Below are positions 9,059 through 16,571 of a DNA stretch of 64,000 nt, one piece after another. Under the pieces are notes generated by a model. That model saw only the letters and a list, made by a program, of their open reading frames with translations, was not told where the DNA came from and searched no databases. The translations under genes and the position numbers were made by a program. Origin of the DNA: a virus (Duplodnaviria; Heunggongvirae; Uroviricota; Caudoviricetes). The stretch is taken from IMG/VR virus record IMGVR_UViG_3300014205_000195, positions 28,184 through 92,183 of that record. The stretch is one strand, 5' to 3'. Positions within the stretch are counted from its first letter, which is position 1; every line of letters begins with the position of its first letter.

Positions 9059-9534
9059 CAGTCCCACATCCCGGGCTGGAGGGCGGCGAGCTGGACGAGG
9101 AGCCACGCGGCGAACCGCGTCCCGTAGATCTCGTCCTCGTTGACCTTCCCGTCGTCCCGCATCTTGCGGTAGGAGATGGCGGAGTCCAGCAGGCGCTCCA
9201 GGGCCGGCAGCTCGTCGTGCTGGGCCATGAAGTTGTAGTTGTGCTTGCACGCCCAGACGTAGCCGGAGACGAACTGGATCACGAAGTCGAGGACGATATC
9301 GTCGGTCTCGTAGTTCTTGGAGGCGTCGATGGTGATCTTTCGCCACGGGTTGTCGCGGTAGTCCATCTGGCCGGCGAGCTTGCGGTCAGACCTGGCCATC
9401 AACTTCTTGAGGCGCTTGTCCTTCCGGGCCAGCTCGTCGAAGAAGGACGTCGCCGCGTCTGCGCTCCTCGTCCCACCGCTCGTCTGCTTCAGCTTGGACC
9501 CGCCCGAGCCGCCTGAGCTCTGCGCCTTGGCCAT
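9058..9534 (-). CDS. hypothetical protein (158 aa)
   Basis: ORF track; GGAGGG Shine-Dalgarno 6 nt upstream of the ATG at 9534; protein-like composition. Confidence 0.6.
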   Translation of the reverse strand: MAKAQSSGGSGGSKLKQTSGGTRSADAATSFFDELARKDKRLKKLMARSDRKLAGQMDYRDNPWRKITIDASKNYETDDIVLDFVIQFVSGYVWACKHNYNFMAQHDELPALERLLDSAISYRKMRDDGKVNEDEIYGTRFAAWLLVQLAALQPGMWD

Positions 9535-9622
9535 TCATCGCCCTCCTGAGGGTAACGTACCTGCGGTTCGCGTCGAGGGACGCCCTGACCTCATCGGCCG
9601 AGCCCCCGCGCGCCACGACACA

Positions 9623-9651
9623 AATATAACACTCTGGGGAGCAGTTGTGTA
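9623..9651 (-). promoter_or_regulatory. candidate sigma-70-type promoter (-35 TACACA, 17-nt spacer, -10 TATATT) for gene starting at 9534
   Basis: Read on minus strand in the 150-nt intergenic region upstream of the 9058..9534 gene. Confidence 0.3.
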
Positions 9652-9690
9652 CCCCCTGAGTAGCTTTTTTTACCAAACTGCCACCAGACC

Positions 9691-9765
9691 TGGGCCGGCT
9701 GGCGGGACTCGAACCCGCACGACGACGTTGGAAGCGTCGGATGCTTGCCGTTACATCACAACCGG
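9691..9765 (-). tRNA. tRNA-Gly(TCC)
   Basis: anticodon loop CTTCCAA; AC stem CGACG/CGTCG; T-loop TTCGAGT; CCA encoded. Confidence 0.75.
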
Positions 9766-9770
9766 GCTAC

Positions 9771-9845
9771 TGGGGCCCCCGGTGGGACTCGAACCCACAC
9801 CTCATGCTTGGGAAGCACGCGTCCTTGCCCTTGGACCACGAGGAC
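9771..9845 (-). tRNA. tRNA-Gly(CCC)
   Basis: anticodon loop TTCCCAA; D-stem GTCC/GGAC; acceptor with two G-U pairs; CCA encoded. Confidence 0.7.
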
Positions 9846-9854
9846 CTGCTCTGT

Positions 9855-9929
9855 TGGGGCCCGGACTGAGATTCGAACTCAGATCTCCGCGTTACGACGG
9901 CGGCGTTCTTGCCGTTGAACTATCCGGGC
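9855..9929 (-). tRNA. tRNA-Thr(CGT)
   Basis: anticodon loop GTCGTAA; acceptor GCCCGGA/TCCGGGC; T-loop TTCGAAT; CCA encoded; 31-39 mismatch. Confidence 0.65.
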
Positions 9930-10507
9930 AGGCTCATGGCGCCGACGCGGGCCATGTAGATCGCCACTATGGCGTCCACGGCCGAGTCGGTGCCCTGCAG
10001 GCGCATGTACGGGACGCCGTTGGCGTCCAAGACGTGTCTGATCCTCACGTCCAGGCCTGCGGCCTGCTCCTCCGTCTGCTCGCGCCCAGACGTGACGTAC
10101 GGCTTCCGCCGCTCGAGGACGAAGTTGAGGTTGCTGAACGAGTTGAACTCGTGCCACACGAGGTCCGTGAAGCACGCCGGGTAGTGCGAGCCGTACACCG
10201 CCGACAGCGGCAGCGGCGAGTCGGTGAGCACGACGTCCACGTGCCCGACCACGTCCGTCAACCGCTTGTGCTGCTTGGCGAACACGTAGATCTGGTTGGC
10301 CAGCAGCGAGTTCCGGCCCTCCCACACCACGTCCTTGGCGTACTCACGGACGAGCTCGCAGTTCACGCTAAGTGACTTCAGCCTGAAGAACACGCCGGCG
10401 GCTATGGTCGACTTGCCGACGCCAGGGCCACCGAAGAGATTTACTACATCGCCCATGTGTTCAGCCTTTCGTCTGGGGCCCCCGCCGGGAATCGAACCCG
10501 ACCCCAC
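9920..10507 (-). CDS. P-loop NTPase / putative nucleotide or nucleoside kinase (195 aa)
   Basis: Walker A GGPGVGKST at N-terminus; ORF track. Confidence 0.55.
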   Translation of the reverse strand: MGSGSIPGGGPRRKAEHMGDVVNLFGGPGVGKSTIAAGVFFRLKSLSVNCELVREYAKDVVWEGRNSLLANQIYVFAKQHKRLTDVVGHVDVVLTDSPLPLSAVYGSHYPACFTDLVWHEFNSFSNLNFVLERRKPYVTSGREQTEEQAAGLDVRIRHVLDANGVPYMRLQGTDSAVDAIVAIYMARVGAMSLPG

Positions 10508-10548
10508 GCCTTACCAAGGCGTCGCTCTGCCTACTAAGCTACGGGGGC
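10474..10548 (-). tRNA. tRNA-Thr(GGT)
   Basis: anticodon loop TTGGTAA; acceptor GCCCCCG/CGGGGGC; CCA encoded. Confidence 0.8.
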
Positions 10549-10555
10549 GCTTTTC

Positions 10556-10801
10556 CTAAAGCGGGATAAGCTCGAACTGGACCGGGACGACGGCCCTCTG
10601 CGTCAGCTGACCGACCGCCACATAGTACTCGCGGTACGGCCTGGTGGCAGACCACTTCGCCGTCATCGACAAGGCCTTCTCGATGACCTTGTCCCTGTTG
10701 CCGCCGACAAACGACGACAGCGCGCCGTCAGCACGCTGCGACTCTCCGTCACCCGTCATCACGACGGCGACCCACGTCTCCTGCTTCCTCTTGTTACCCA
10801 T
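10556..10801 (-). CDS. hypothetical protein (about 81 aa, start trimmed to MGNKRKQ)
   Basis: ORF track 10556..10867 overlaps tRNA-Thr(TGT) at its 5' end; internal Met taken as start. Confidence 0.4.
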   Translation of the reverse strand: MGNKRKQETWVAVVMTGDGESQRADGALSSFVGGNRDKVIEKALSMTAKWSATRPYREYYVAVGQLTQRAVVPVQFELIPL

Positions 10802-10834
10802 CGCTGTGTCCCTTCCCTTGAACGTTCTTCTCTG

Positions 10835-10909
10835 TGGAGCCCCCGACCGGAGTCGAACCGATGTCAACCGCTTACAAGGCGGCCGCTCTACCGGCTGAGC
10901 TACGGGGGC
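10835..10909 (-). tRNA. tRNA-Thr(TGT)
   Basis: anticodon loop CTTGTAA; acceptor GCCCCCG/CGGGGGC; T-loop TTCGACT; CCA encoded. Confidence 0.8.
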
Positions 10910-10910
10910 G

Positions 10911-11486
10911 CTACTTCGGCAACCCTGCGATCGCCATCACCGCCTTCATGACCCGGATCTGCTTCACGCAGTCCTCGTCAGCCACATGGCCCACCAGGCC
11001 GTCGCCGGCAGTCTTGTAGGCGAGCGTCGCCGCGTCCGACGCGGCCTGGTTCAGCCTGAACAGCGTCCCCAGGTCCCTGGCGCCCTTGCGTCCCCATGCC
11101 GGCGCTATGCCGACGTGCGTGTACAGGTCGGACAGGAGCCTCTGGTCGTAGTACATGTGGCTCCACATGGCCGTGCACTTGTTCTCGCGGTAGAAAGCGT
11201 TGGCGGCGCGCAGGGCGTCGCCCAGCGGCAGCTTCGGCTCGGCCAGCAGCACGGCCCCCTGGGCCTCCGCCGACTGCTGCGCCCACCACATCACAGTGTC
11301 TACCGATGGCTTGCCGGGCGTGGACTTCGGGTCCACGTTGATGAGCGTCCTGGCGATCGGCTCGAAGTCGACCGTATCGTAGGTCACCATGCCTATCTGG
11401 AGAAGGCACAGGTCGCTCAGGCCCTCGGTGTCCACCATGCACTCAATTGGCATAATATATGCCCGCCACCTTCTCGCAATGCTCAC
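10911..11486 (-). CDS. DnaQ-like DEDDh 3'-5' exonuclease (191 aa)
   Basis: VDTEGL (Exo I) ... H...D motifs; paralogous to 37186..37782 (shared TVMWW motif). Confidence 0.6.
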   Translation of the reverse strand: MSIARRWRAYIMPIECMVDTEGLSDLCLLQIGMVTYDTVDFEPIARTLINVDPKSTPGKPSVDTVMWWAQQSAEAQGAVLLAEPKLPLGDALRAANAFYRENKCTAMWSHMYYDQRLLSDLYTHVGIAPAWGRKGARDLGTLFRLNQAASDAATLAYKTAGDGLVGHVADEDCVKQIRVMKAVMAIAGLPK

Positions 11487-11871
11487 GCACAGCAGCTATC
11501 GCCTCGTCCAGCGTCATCGGCGGCCCGGCGTGGTACCGCATCCACGGGCTCAGCGGCGCGGACGTGTCCGGCATCGCGAGCGCAACCTTGACGTACCCCA
11601 GGTCGTACGCGTAGTGGACCTCCATGGCGGTGCCGACAGACGGCCCGTCGTGGTAGACCAGCATCGCCTCGCATATCGAGATGTTCTTCTTATCGTTGCG
11701 AACTATCCGCTCGTAGTCCACGTCCTCGCGGCCGCGGTAGTCCCTGTCCATGGGGTCCACCACGATGGCGACGTCCCGCAGCTCCCGCTTCGCAGTCTCC
11801 CGCCAGGCTGAGCACTCCTCATCGCTGCGGCCGAATATCGGGCCCGCCAGGTAAACCTTCGGTCTGCGCAT
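11443..11871 (-). CDS. nucleoside 2-deoxyribosyltransferase-like / Rcl-family nucleotide N-glycosidase (about 143 aa)
   Basis: PKVYLAGPIFG motif (YLAGPxF of the Nuc_deoxyrib_tr family); start set at ATG 11871 with an AGGGA SD 5 nt upstream, because the longer ORF-track N-terminus overlaps tRNA genes. Confidence 0.6.
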   Translation of the reverse strand: MRRPKVYLAGPIFGRSDEECSAWRETAKRELRDVAIVVDPMDRDYRGREDVDYERIVRNDKKNISICEAMLVYHDGPSVGTAMEVHYAYDLGYVKVALAMPDTSAPLSPWMRYHAGPPMTLDEAIAAVREHCEKVAGIYYAN

Positions 11872-11958
11872 CTGCGTCCCTGTAGTCTGGGTTGATGCCG
11901 TGGAGGGATAATCACACAGGGTGACAAAACGTGTTGCCATTACACCAGATGGGCCCGT

Positions 11959-12047
11959 TGGTGCCCACCGCAGGACTCGAACCTGCAACTTTCCTTTAGA
12001 AGAGGAAGAAGTAACCCTACGTTCGCCTCTCCGCGGCATCTCGTTCC
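11959..12047 (-). tRNA. tRNA-Arg(TCT)-like element with unpaired acceptor stem (possible pseudo-tRNA)
   Basis: T-arm GCAGG-TTCGAGT-CCTGC and anticodon arm TTCCT-CTTCTAA-AGGAA plus encoded CCA, but the 3' acceptor strand GGTGGGC has no complementary 5' strand. Confidence 0.4.
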
Positions 12048-12049
12048 TA

Positions 12050-12123
12050 TGGTACCGACACCGGGACTCGAACCCGGGCCAACGCATTATGAGCGCGTCG
12101 CTCTGCCTCTAAGCTATGTCGGG
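12050..12123 (-). tRNA. tRNA-Met/Ile2(CAT)
   Basis: anticodon loop CTCATAA; T-arm CCGGG-TTCGAGT-CCCGG; CCA encoded; C1:U72 mismatch at top of acceptor. Confidence 0.65.
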
Positions 12124-12126
12124 GTG

Positions 12127-12202
12127 TGGTGGGCCCGCAGGGATTCGAACCCTGAACCTACCGGTTATGAGCCGGGTGCTCTGACCGTTGAGCTACGGGC
12201 CC
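12127..12202 (-). tRNA. tRNA-Met(CAT)
   Basis: anticodon loop CTCATAA; perfect acceptor GGGCCCG/CGGGCCC; T-loop TTCGAAT; CCA encoded. Confidence 0.75.
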
Positions 12203-12203
12203 T

Positions 12204-12290
12204 CGGAACTGCGTGCCTGATTCGAACAGGCTACTCGGCAGACCGGGCGGTTTCGGTCGTTTCATCCCACTCTCCGTTGCCCCAACCACC
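12204..12290 (-). other. tRNA-like element (canonical T-arm GCCTG-TTCGAAT-CAGGC) with no recognisable acceptor pairing or anticodon arm
   Basis: T-arm read on minus strand at 12215..12231; no canonical cloverleaf could be folded by hand. Confidence 0.3.
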
Positions 12291-12344
12291 AGATCGGGCA
12301 ACAGCCAGACGCGCGTTCCCACCGCGCCGCCGCAGCTTCGTCAA

Positions 12345-13011
12345 TCACCAGTCGCCGGCCATCCAGTCGGACAGCCTCCACCGCCTGCCTGTGCGATGGT
12401 CGAGCGCCTGGTCATCCTTGCACCGGTAGGTGCGTACCTTGTCGCCCCTCTCGCCGCGGCCGATCTGCCCGCGGCGATCGCCGTTCACTGATGCCGCCGC
12501 CTCCGACTTGCCGGCATCCGTCAGCCTCGCTTCCAGCACCGACAGGGCGAGCTGCCTGTTATGGTACTGCGACCGCGTGGACTCTATCCGGACGCGCTCG
12601 CCGGTCGGCCTGTGCACCACCACGACGGCGGACTCCGTCTTGTTCCTATGCTGCCCTCCGGGGCCGTCGCCGCGCGTGACCGAGACGTCCACATCCCGCA
12701 TGTCCAGGCGTGCCTCGGCGCCATCCTGTGGCCGCAGGACGGCCACGGTGACCGTGGACGTGTGCACCTTGCCGTTCTTCTCGTTAGGCGGCACCCTCTG
12801 CCACCTGTGGCCGCCACCCTCGCCCAGGAAGTCCGAGGCGTCGTCGCCGCTCACCTCCAGTGCGATGAACCCTGGCCTCTCCTCTATCGGAGAGAGGTCA
12901 AAGACCCCTCCGGTCGCAGCGGCGGGCGTAGGCCCTCGCCATCTCCGCAACCAGTGCCTTGGCCTCGTCGCCGCCCTCGGCGGCCCGTATCTCGATGAGC
13001 AACGTATCCAT
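12345..13011 (-). CDS. PrfH/RF-H-like peptide chain release factor (GGQ domain, lacks RF domain 1 and the SPF motif); translation appears to need a +1 programmed frameshift at CUU UGA C (codon 38)
   Basis: ATG at 13011 (AGGA 9 nt upstream) opens MDTLLIEIRAAEGGDEAKALVAEMARAYARRCDRRGL, which aligns with the start of RF2 domain 2 and then hits TGA. The +1 frame continues DLSPIEERPGF...GDGPGGQHRNKTESAV...RTYRCKDDQALDHRTG to the stop at 12345. The shift site GGAGGGG-U-CUU-UGA-C matches the prfB autoregulatory frameshift motif. The ORF-track N-terminus (12899..13241) is Arg/Pro-rich and out of frame. Confidence 0.7.
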
Positions 13012-13029
13012 GTGCTAATCCTGTCGTGT

Positions 13030-13103
13030 TGGTCGGACCATCGGGAATCGAACCCGAGCCTGGGACTTATCAGATCCCCGTTTTGCCACTCAACTATGGT
13101 CCA
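13030..13103 (-). tRNA. tRNA-Ile(GAT)
   Basis: anticodon loop CTGATAA; AC stem GGGAT/GTCCC; T-loop TTCGATT; CCA encoded. Confidence 0.75.
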
Positions 13104-13111
13104 ACTGGATA

Positions 13112-13180
13112 TGTCGCCAGGCGGACTCGAACCGCCTCGACGGTCGCCCGTCTTTATCCTTGGCTGGCCAGGCCGACGAC
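13112..13180 (-). ncRNA. tRNA-like RNA module (acceptor stem + T-arm + small GCGA-tetraloop hairpin, no anticodon arm); Y-RNA-like candidate adjacent to rsr
   Basis: Acceptor GTCGTCG/TGGCGAC (two G-U pairs), T-arm GGCGG-TTCGAGT-CCGCC, internal hairpin GACGG-GCGA-CCGTC. Only 69 nt, no 7-nt anticodon loop with U33, and no encoded CCA. It lies in the 175-nt gap between tRNA-Ile and the rsr stop. Confidence 0.4.
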
Positions 13181-13279
13181 ACGTGGCGGAAGGAGGAGCA
13201 CTCGAAGCCCAGCCCGGAGACCGGACCGCTCCGTTTAGCAAACGGGCCCGGCGCGCCTGTCCGGTTCACCTTCCATCGG

Positions 13280-14794
13280 CTACGACCCAGCGAGCGCCGT
13301 CCCAGCGATGGCTTGGACGAGCGCGTCCTGGCCGCCGCCGCTCTCGACGATGCCCATGAGGTCGAAGATCTTCTCGCTGAAGCCGGCCAGCGCCACGACA
13401 CGCTTCTCCGGGAACATCAGCGTCCCGTAACCGGCGAGGTCGATGCTGTACAGCATCGGGTCGGCGCCGGTCGCCTTCTTGTACGCCTTGAACGCGCCCT
13501 TGGTGGGACGGCTGTCGCCGTACGAGTCCTCCGCCCAACCCTGCATGTCCGACAGGATGATGATCCTGTCGTACGCGGTCCCCGTCTTCGTGATGAGATT
13601 GAACGCCGCGTGGAAGTTGGTCCCGCCGTAGTTGAACCGCAGCGACTCAGCCGCCGCAAGCACCGAGGACCCGGTGCCGAGGCTGTGGTACGACGCGTCT
13701 GTGCCGAACAGCACGAGGTCAGCACCGGTGGCGCGGACCAGGGCGGCCGCGAACAGCGCGCCCTTTTGGGCGGCACTGGCTGCGTCCCTCCCCTTCGTCC
13801 ACGTCATCGACGACGAGACGTCGAGGATGACGAGCGTCTTTCCGGGGAGGTCCGGGATGTTCCCGAGCGCGATGTCCGCCGCCCGCTCCACCGCGCCGAT
13901 CGCCTTGGCGGTCCCAGGGACCGACTTCAGCGTGTCACGTGCGACGGCAAACCTGAACGGGAGCACGAGACTGCCACGGATCCGCCGCTCGTCCGTCAGC
14001 TGCTCGCAGGCGATGTCGACAGCGTCCGGGGCGTCCTTCACGATGTTCCGCAGGTTGCGGAGGAGCGCGAAGTAACCGAGCTTGTTGTCACGGAGCAGCT
14101 GCTCCCAGGCGGCGCCCTTCGTGGCGCCGGTGCCCTCGTCGGACTGCCCAGCCTGCGTGAGGGCGACCTCCCACGTCTCCGCCGGCTTCAGCGTGCCGCC
14201 CATGAGGGCGGACAGGGCCGGCGTCGGCCGCGGGTGCGTCAGGTTGACCAGGTCGAGCATGTTGATGTCGCGCCCGGTGCCGAGGTACTTGGCCAGCTGG
14301 TACTCGTCGAGGCCCTCGATGGCCCGCGCGAACCCCTTCCGCATGGCGGCCGGCTCGTTCTTGCCGATGTTAGCGCGGTAGTAGCCGAGGATCTCGAACA
14401 TGTCGTCCGGGCGCCGGACGATGCGTTCGAAGAACGTCTTCGTCCACTGGGCACCCTTGACGCGCGCGGCGAGCTCCGCCGCCACGACGTGTGAGATAGA
14501 ACGCATGCCGAACTCTCGGCGAGCGTACAGGGCCGCCTTGGCGGCGAACTCCGGGTCGACCATATCGAGGACCCGCTTGAGCTGCTCGCGGCCGGCCGCC
14601 TCCGAGCGGTAGAACTTGTCATCCATGAAAGACGTAAGGAGCATCGAGACCAGCTCGAGATTGTCGGATTCCTTGTAGGCCCGCCCTCCGGCGAGGTTGG
14701 CGACCTTCGGCTTGGCGATCTTTACCGCCGGTGCCGGTGCCTTCTCCTGGAGCTTGTTGTACTTCGCCATCTCTGTCTCTCCTAAGCGCTGCAT
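13280..14794 (-). CDS. rsr: Ro60/Rsr orthologue (TROVE domain + C-terminal vWA domain)
   Basis: 504 aa; TROVE-like N-terminal region; vWA MIDAS motif LVILDVSSSM; architecture identical to bacterial Rsr. Confidence 0.8.
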   Translation of the reverse strand: MQRLGETEMAKYNKLQEKAPAPAVKIAKPKVANLAGGRAYKESDNLELVSMLLTSFMDDKFYRSEAAGREQLKRVLDMVDPEFAAKAALYARREFGMRSISHVVAAELAARVKGAQWTKTFFERIVRRPDDMFEILGYYRANIGKNEPAAMRKGFARAIEGLDEYQLAKYLGTGRDINMLDLVNLTHPRPTPALSALMGGTLKPAETWEVALTQAGQSDEGTGATKGAAWEQLLRDNKLGYFALLRNLRNIVKDAPDAVDIACEQLTDERRIRGSLVLPFRFAVARDTLKSVPGTAKAIGAVERAADIALGNIPDLPGKTLVILDVSSSMTWTKGRDAASAAQKGALFAAALVRATGADLVLFGTDASYHSLGTGSSVLAAAESLRFNYGGTNFHAAFNLITKTGTAYDRIIILSDMQGWAEDSYGDSRPTKGAFKAYKKATGADPMLYSIDLAGYGTLMFPEKRVVALAGFSEKIFDLMGIVESGGGQDALVQAIAGTALAGS

Positions 14795-14868
14795 GGTCCC
14801 GAAGGGATAAGCGGTGGTGGGCGTTTCATTGACCAGCGTTCTGCCGTCTGAACTACACGCCGCCGAAG

Positions 14869-14933
14869 CAGGCGAGGTTGGACTCGAACCAACGACATCC
14901 GGTTTCGATAAGAAGTAGCCCTCTACCTCGCCT
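14869..14933 (-). ncRNA. 65-nt tRNA-like element (perfect 7-bp acceptor AGGCGAG/CTCGCCT, T-arm GTTGG-TTCGAGT-CCAAC, 4-bp D-like hairpin, no canonical anticodon arm, no CCA)
   Basis: Read on minus strand; located just upstream of rsr inside a 380-nt non-coding region. Confidence 0.4.
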
Positions 14934-15176
14934 CTCCAGGACTTGCTGCGCTCAAAATGGTGACCGGGGGATTGGTCTGTCTGGGAGTCAACTGAGCGGA
15001 TTTAGAGTCCGATGTACGAAGTAACCCAGACGGTCGCCTCCCGACCGACCCTTTGCTCTGTGGAAGTATCTGAGGCAGGGATAGTTCCAGACGGGGGCTG
15101 TTGGAGAACACACAAGTTCGAAGTACCCGTCACGGTCGCCTCTGCGTCCGACACTCACATGATACCGAGACCTACG

Positions 15177-15252
15177 TGGTTGGCCCGGGGGGATTCGAAC
15201 CCCCGACCTCCCGCATGTCGAGCGGGGGCTCTAGCCGCTGAGCTACGGGCCA
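15177..15252 (-). tRNA. tRNA-Val(GAC)
   Basis: anticodon loop TCGACAT (C at position 33); perfect acceptor TGGCCCG/CGGGCCA; T-arm GGGGG-TTCGAAT-CCCCC; CCA encoded. Confidence 0.75.
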
Positions 15253-15261
15253 ACTTTTTGC

Positions 15262-15336
15262 TGGTTCCCCCGGAGGGATTCGAACCCTCGTACCCGGTGC
15301 TTCAAGCCGGTGCTACGCCGTCTCAGCTACAGGGGA
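15262..15336 (-). tRNA. tRNA-Phe(GAA)
   Basis: anticodon loop TTGAAGC; D-stem GCTG/TAGC; T-loop TTCGAAT; CCA encoded; C31:A39 mismatch. Confidence 0.65.
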
Positions 15337-15342
15337 ACTTGG

Positions 15343-15650
15343 ACCGGCCGCCTGGCAGTTGGACGCCGTCTCAGGCTGGCCGGTTTCTATGCCACGGACG
15401 CGCAGGGCCTCCGCAAAGTAGCGATCGCTCGCCGAGCGATCGCGGTCGTCCACGACACTGACGTCGCACGCCAGCGGCGGCCACGACGTCGGTGGAACCT
15501 TCCCCGTGGCCCGCCACCTGAGGTACTCGACGACCCTACCGTGCGTAAACGCACCGGTGGCGAGGTCAGTATCGTACGTGGTGATGCCGTCGGACACGAA
15601 CACGCAGTGATCATCGCGCTGGAAAATCGTCAGTTTCACGACCGTCTCCG
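15343..15650 (-). CDS. possible small hypothetical protein between tRNA-Phe and tRNA-Leu
   Basis: Trimmed from ORF track 15313..15696, which overlaps tRNAs at both ends; weak. Confidence 0.2.
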
Positions 15651-15654
15651 ATTG

Positions 15655-15741
15655 TGGTGCTCCGGGAGGGACTCGAACCCTCACGACCGAGGTCACCCGC
15701 TCTTGATGCGGGCGCGTCTGCCACTATTCCGCCACCAGAGC
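15655..15741 (-). tRNA. tRNA-Leu(CAA) (class II, long variable arm)
   Basis: anticodon loop ATCAAGA; AC stem CCCGC/GCGGG; V-arm hairpin; acceptor GCTCTGG/CCGGAGC; CCA encoded. Confidence 0.75.
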
Positions 15742-15748
15742 GTTCGTA

Positions 15749-15824
15749 TGGTACTCCCGGGGGGATTCGAACCCCCATCTCCTCGGGTAAGAGCCGAGCA
15801 CTCTGGCCATTGAGCTACGGAAGC
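15749..15824 (-). tRNA. tRNA-Lys(CTT)
   Basis: anticodon loop CTCTTAC; AC stem CTCGG/CCGAG; T-arm GGGGG-TTCGAAT-CCCCC; CCA encoded. Confidence 0.75.
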
Positions 15825-15857
15825 ATGTTCCCGTCCCCGTGGGGTTGGGATCGTTCG

Positions 15858-16013
15858 TCAGGCCGCCAGGACCTGCTCCTGGGCGGCACGGATGCGACGC
15901 CACTCGCTGTGACGCCACTTCGTCTTCTCGGGGACGTGGGCGACCTTGTGCGTCTTGCACATCTTGCAGCCGGCCCTGGCGTTCCTCGCCCGGCCGCGCT
16001 TGTGGTTAGCCAT
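15858..16013 (-). CDS. small basic Cys-containing protein (about 51 aa, MANHKRGRARNARAGCKMCKTHK...)
   Basis: Trimmed from ORF track 15858..16178, whose N-terminus overlaps tRNA-Cys. Confidence 0.35.
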   Translation of the reverse strand: MANHKRGRARNARAGCKMCKTHKVAHVPEKTKWRHSEWRRIRAAQEQVLAA

Positions 16014-16036
16014 GCCGCCCACCCCCGTGGTTAGTC

Positions 16037-16112
16037 TGGAGTCCCGTGTCGGATTCGAACCGACGTCTGCAGGGTTGCAGCCTGCCGCCTGCTGCCTCTC
16101 GGCGAACGGGAC
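16037..16112 (-). tRNA. tRNA-Cys(GCA)
   Basis: anticodon loop CTGCAAC; AC stem GCAGG/CCTGC; discriminator U followed by encoded CCA (a Cys identity feature); perfect acceptor GTCCCGT/ACGGGAC. Confidence 0.8.
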
Positions 16113-16125
16113 GTCTCTTACCAGG

Positions 16126-16206
16126 TGCTCCGGGAGGGACTCGAACCCCCATGGCTCGCGGGGCCACACGCGTTGCATGATACATTTCCAATTCTGTCAC
16201 CGGAGT
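16126..16206 (-). other. class-II-sized tRNA-like element of uncertain identity (T-arm GGGGG-TTCGAGT-CCCTC, acceptor with A1:C72 mismatch, no clean anticodon arm)
   Basis: D-arm and variable-arm-like hairpins fold, but the anticodon loop lacks U33 and its stem is mostly G-U pairs. Confidence 0.3.
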
Positions 16207-16247
16207 ATGCTTACACTATACCACTCAACGGCGCCCGTGTAAACCCC

Positions 16248-16511
16248 TCAGAGGATCAAAATCTTCCTCTCCGTCGTCGCATGCACGAAGTAGGCCGTGC
16301 GCCGATCGAGACCGATGAGGTGCACGCTGCCCACCAGGCCGACCATGTCGTCGGCGTACGCGACGACACGCCCATCGTGCACCGCCAGCCACGAGCCATC
16401 GCCGTACCTGGAGACCAGCGAGTCCATCGTGTTCATCGACCAGAACGCGTTCACGCTGTGGCTGAATCTTTGGATGCCCCGTGCGGCCTCCTCGGCCTCC
16501 ACCTGATCCAT
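16248..16511 (-). CDS. hypothetical protein (87 aa)
   Basis: ORF track; protein-like composition. Confidence 0.45.
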   Translation of the reverse strand: MDQVEAEEAARGIQRFSHSVNAFWSMNTMDSLVSRYGDGSWLAVHDGRVVAYADDMVGLVGSVHLIGLDRRTAYFVHATTERKILIL

Positions 16512-16525
16512 GCCTGCCTCCTGAT

Positions 16526-16571
16526 AGCTGGGGGCGGGGTTCGAACCCGCGGCGACTTCTGTCTACCCCAG
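16526..16571 (-). other. 46-nt tRNA minihelix-like element: 7-bp acceptor-like stem GCTGGGG/CCCCAGC enclosing a canonical T-arm GCGGG-TTCGAAC-CCCGC, no D or anticodon arms
   Basis: Direct reading; resembles the 3' acceptor/T-arm portion of a tRNA. Confidence 0.35.

Noticed and set aside
9386-9676. Small ORFs in the 9535..9690 intergenic region on either strand
   Set aside because: Region is better explained as the promoter/5' UTR of the 9058..9534 gene (strong GGAGGG SD, -35/-10 candidates); the ORFs are Arg-rich.
14795-15176. tmRNA in the long non-coding region upstream of rsr
   Set aside because: The tRNA-like element there has both acceptor strands only 33 nt apart and no CCA, unlike a tmRNA TLD split by about 300 nt. 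No tag-peptide ORF ending in AA-stop was found. It cannot be excluded without a covariance-model scan.
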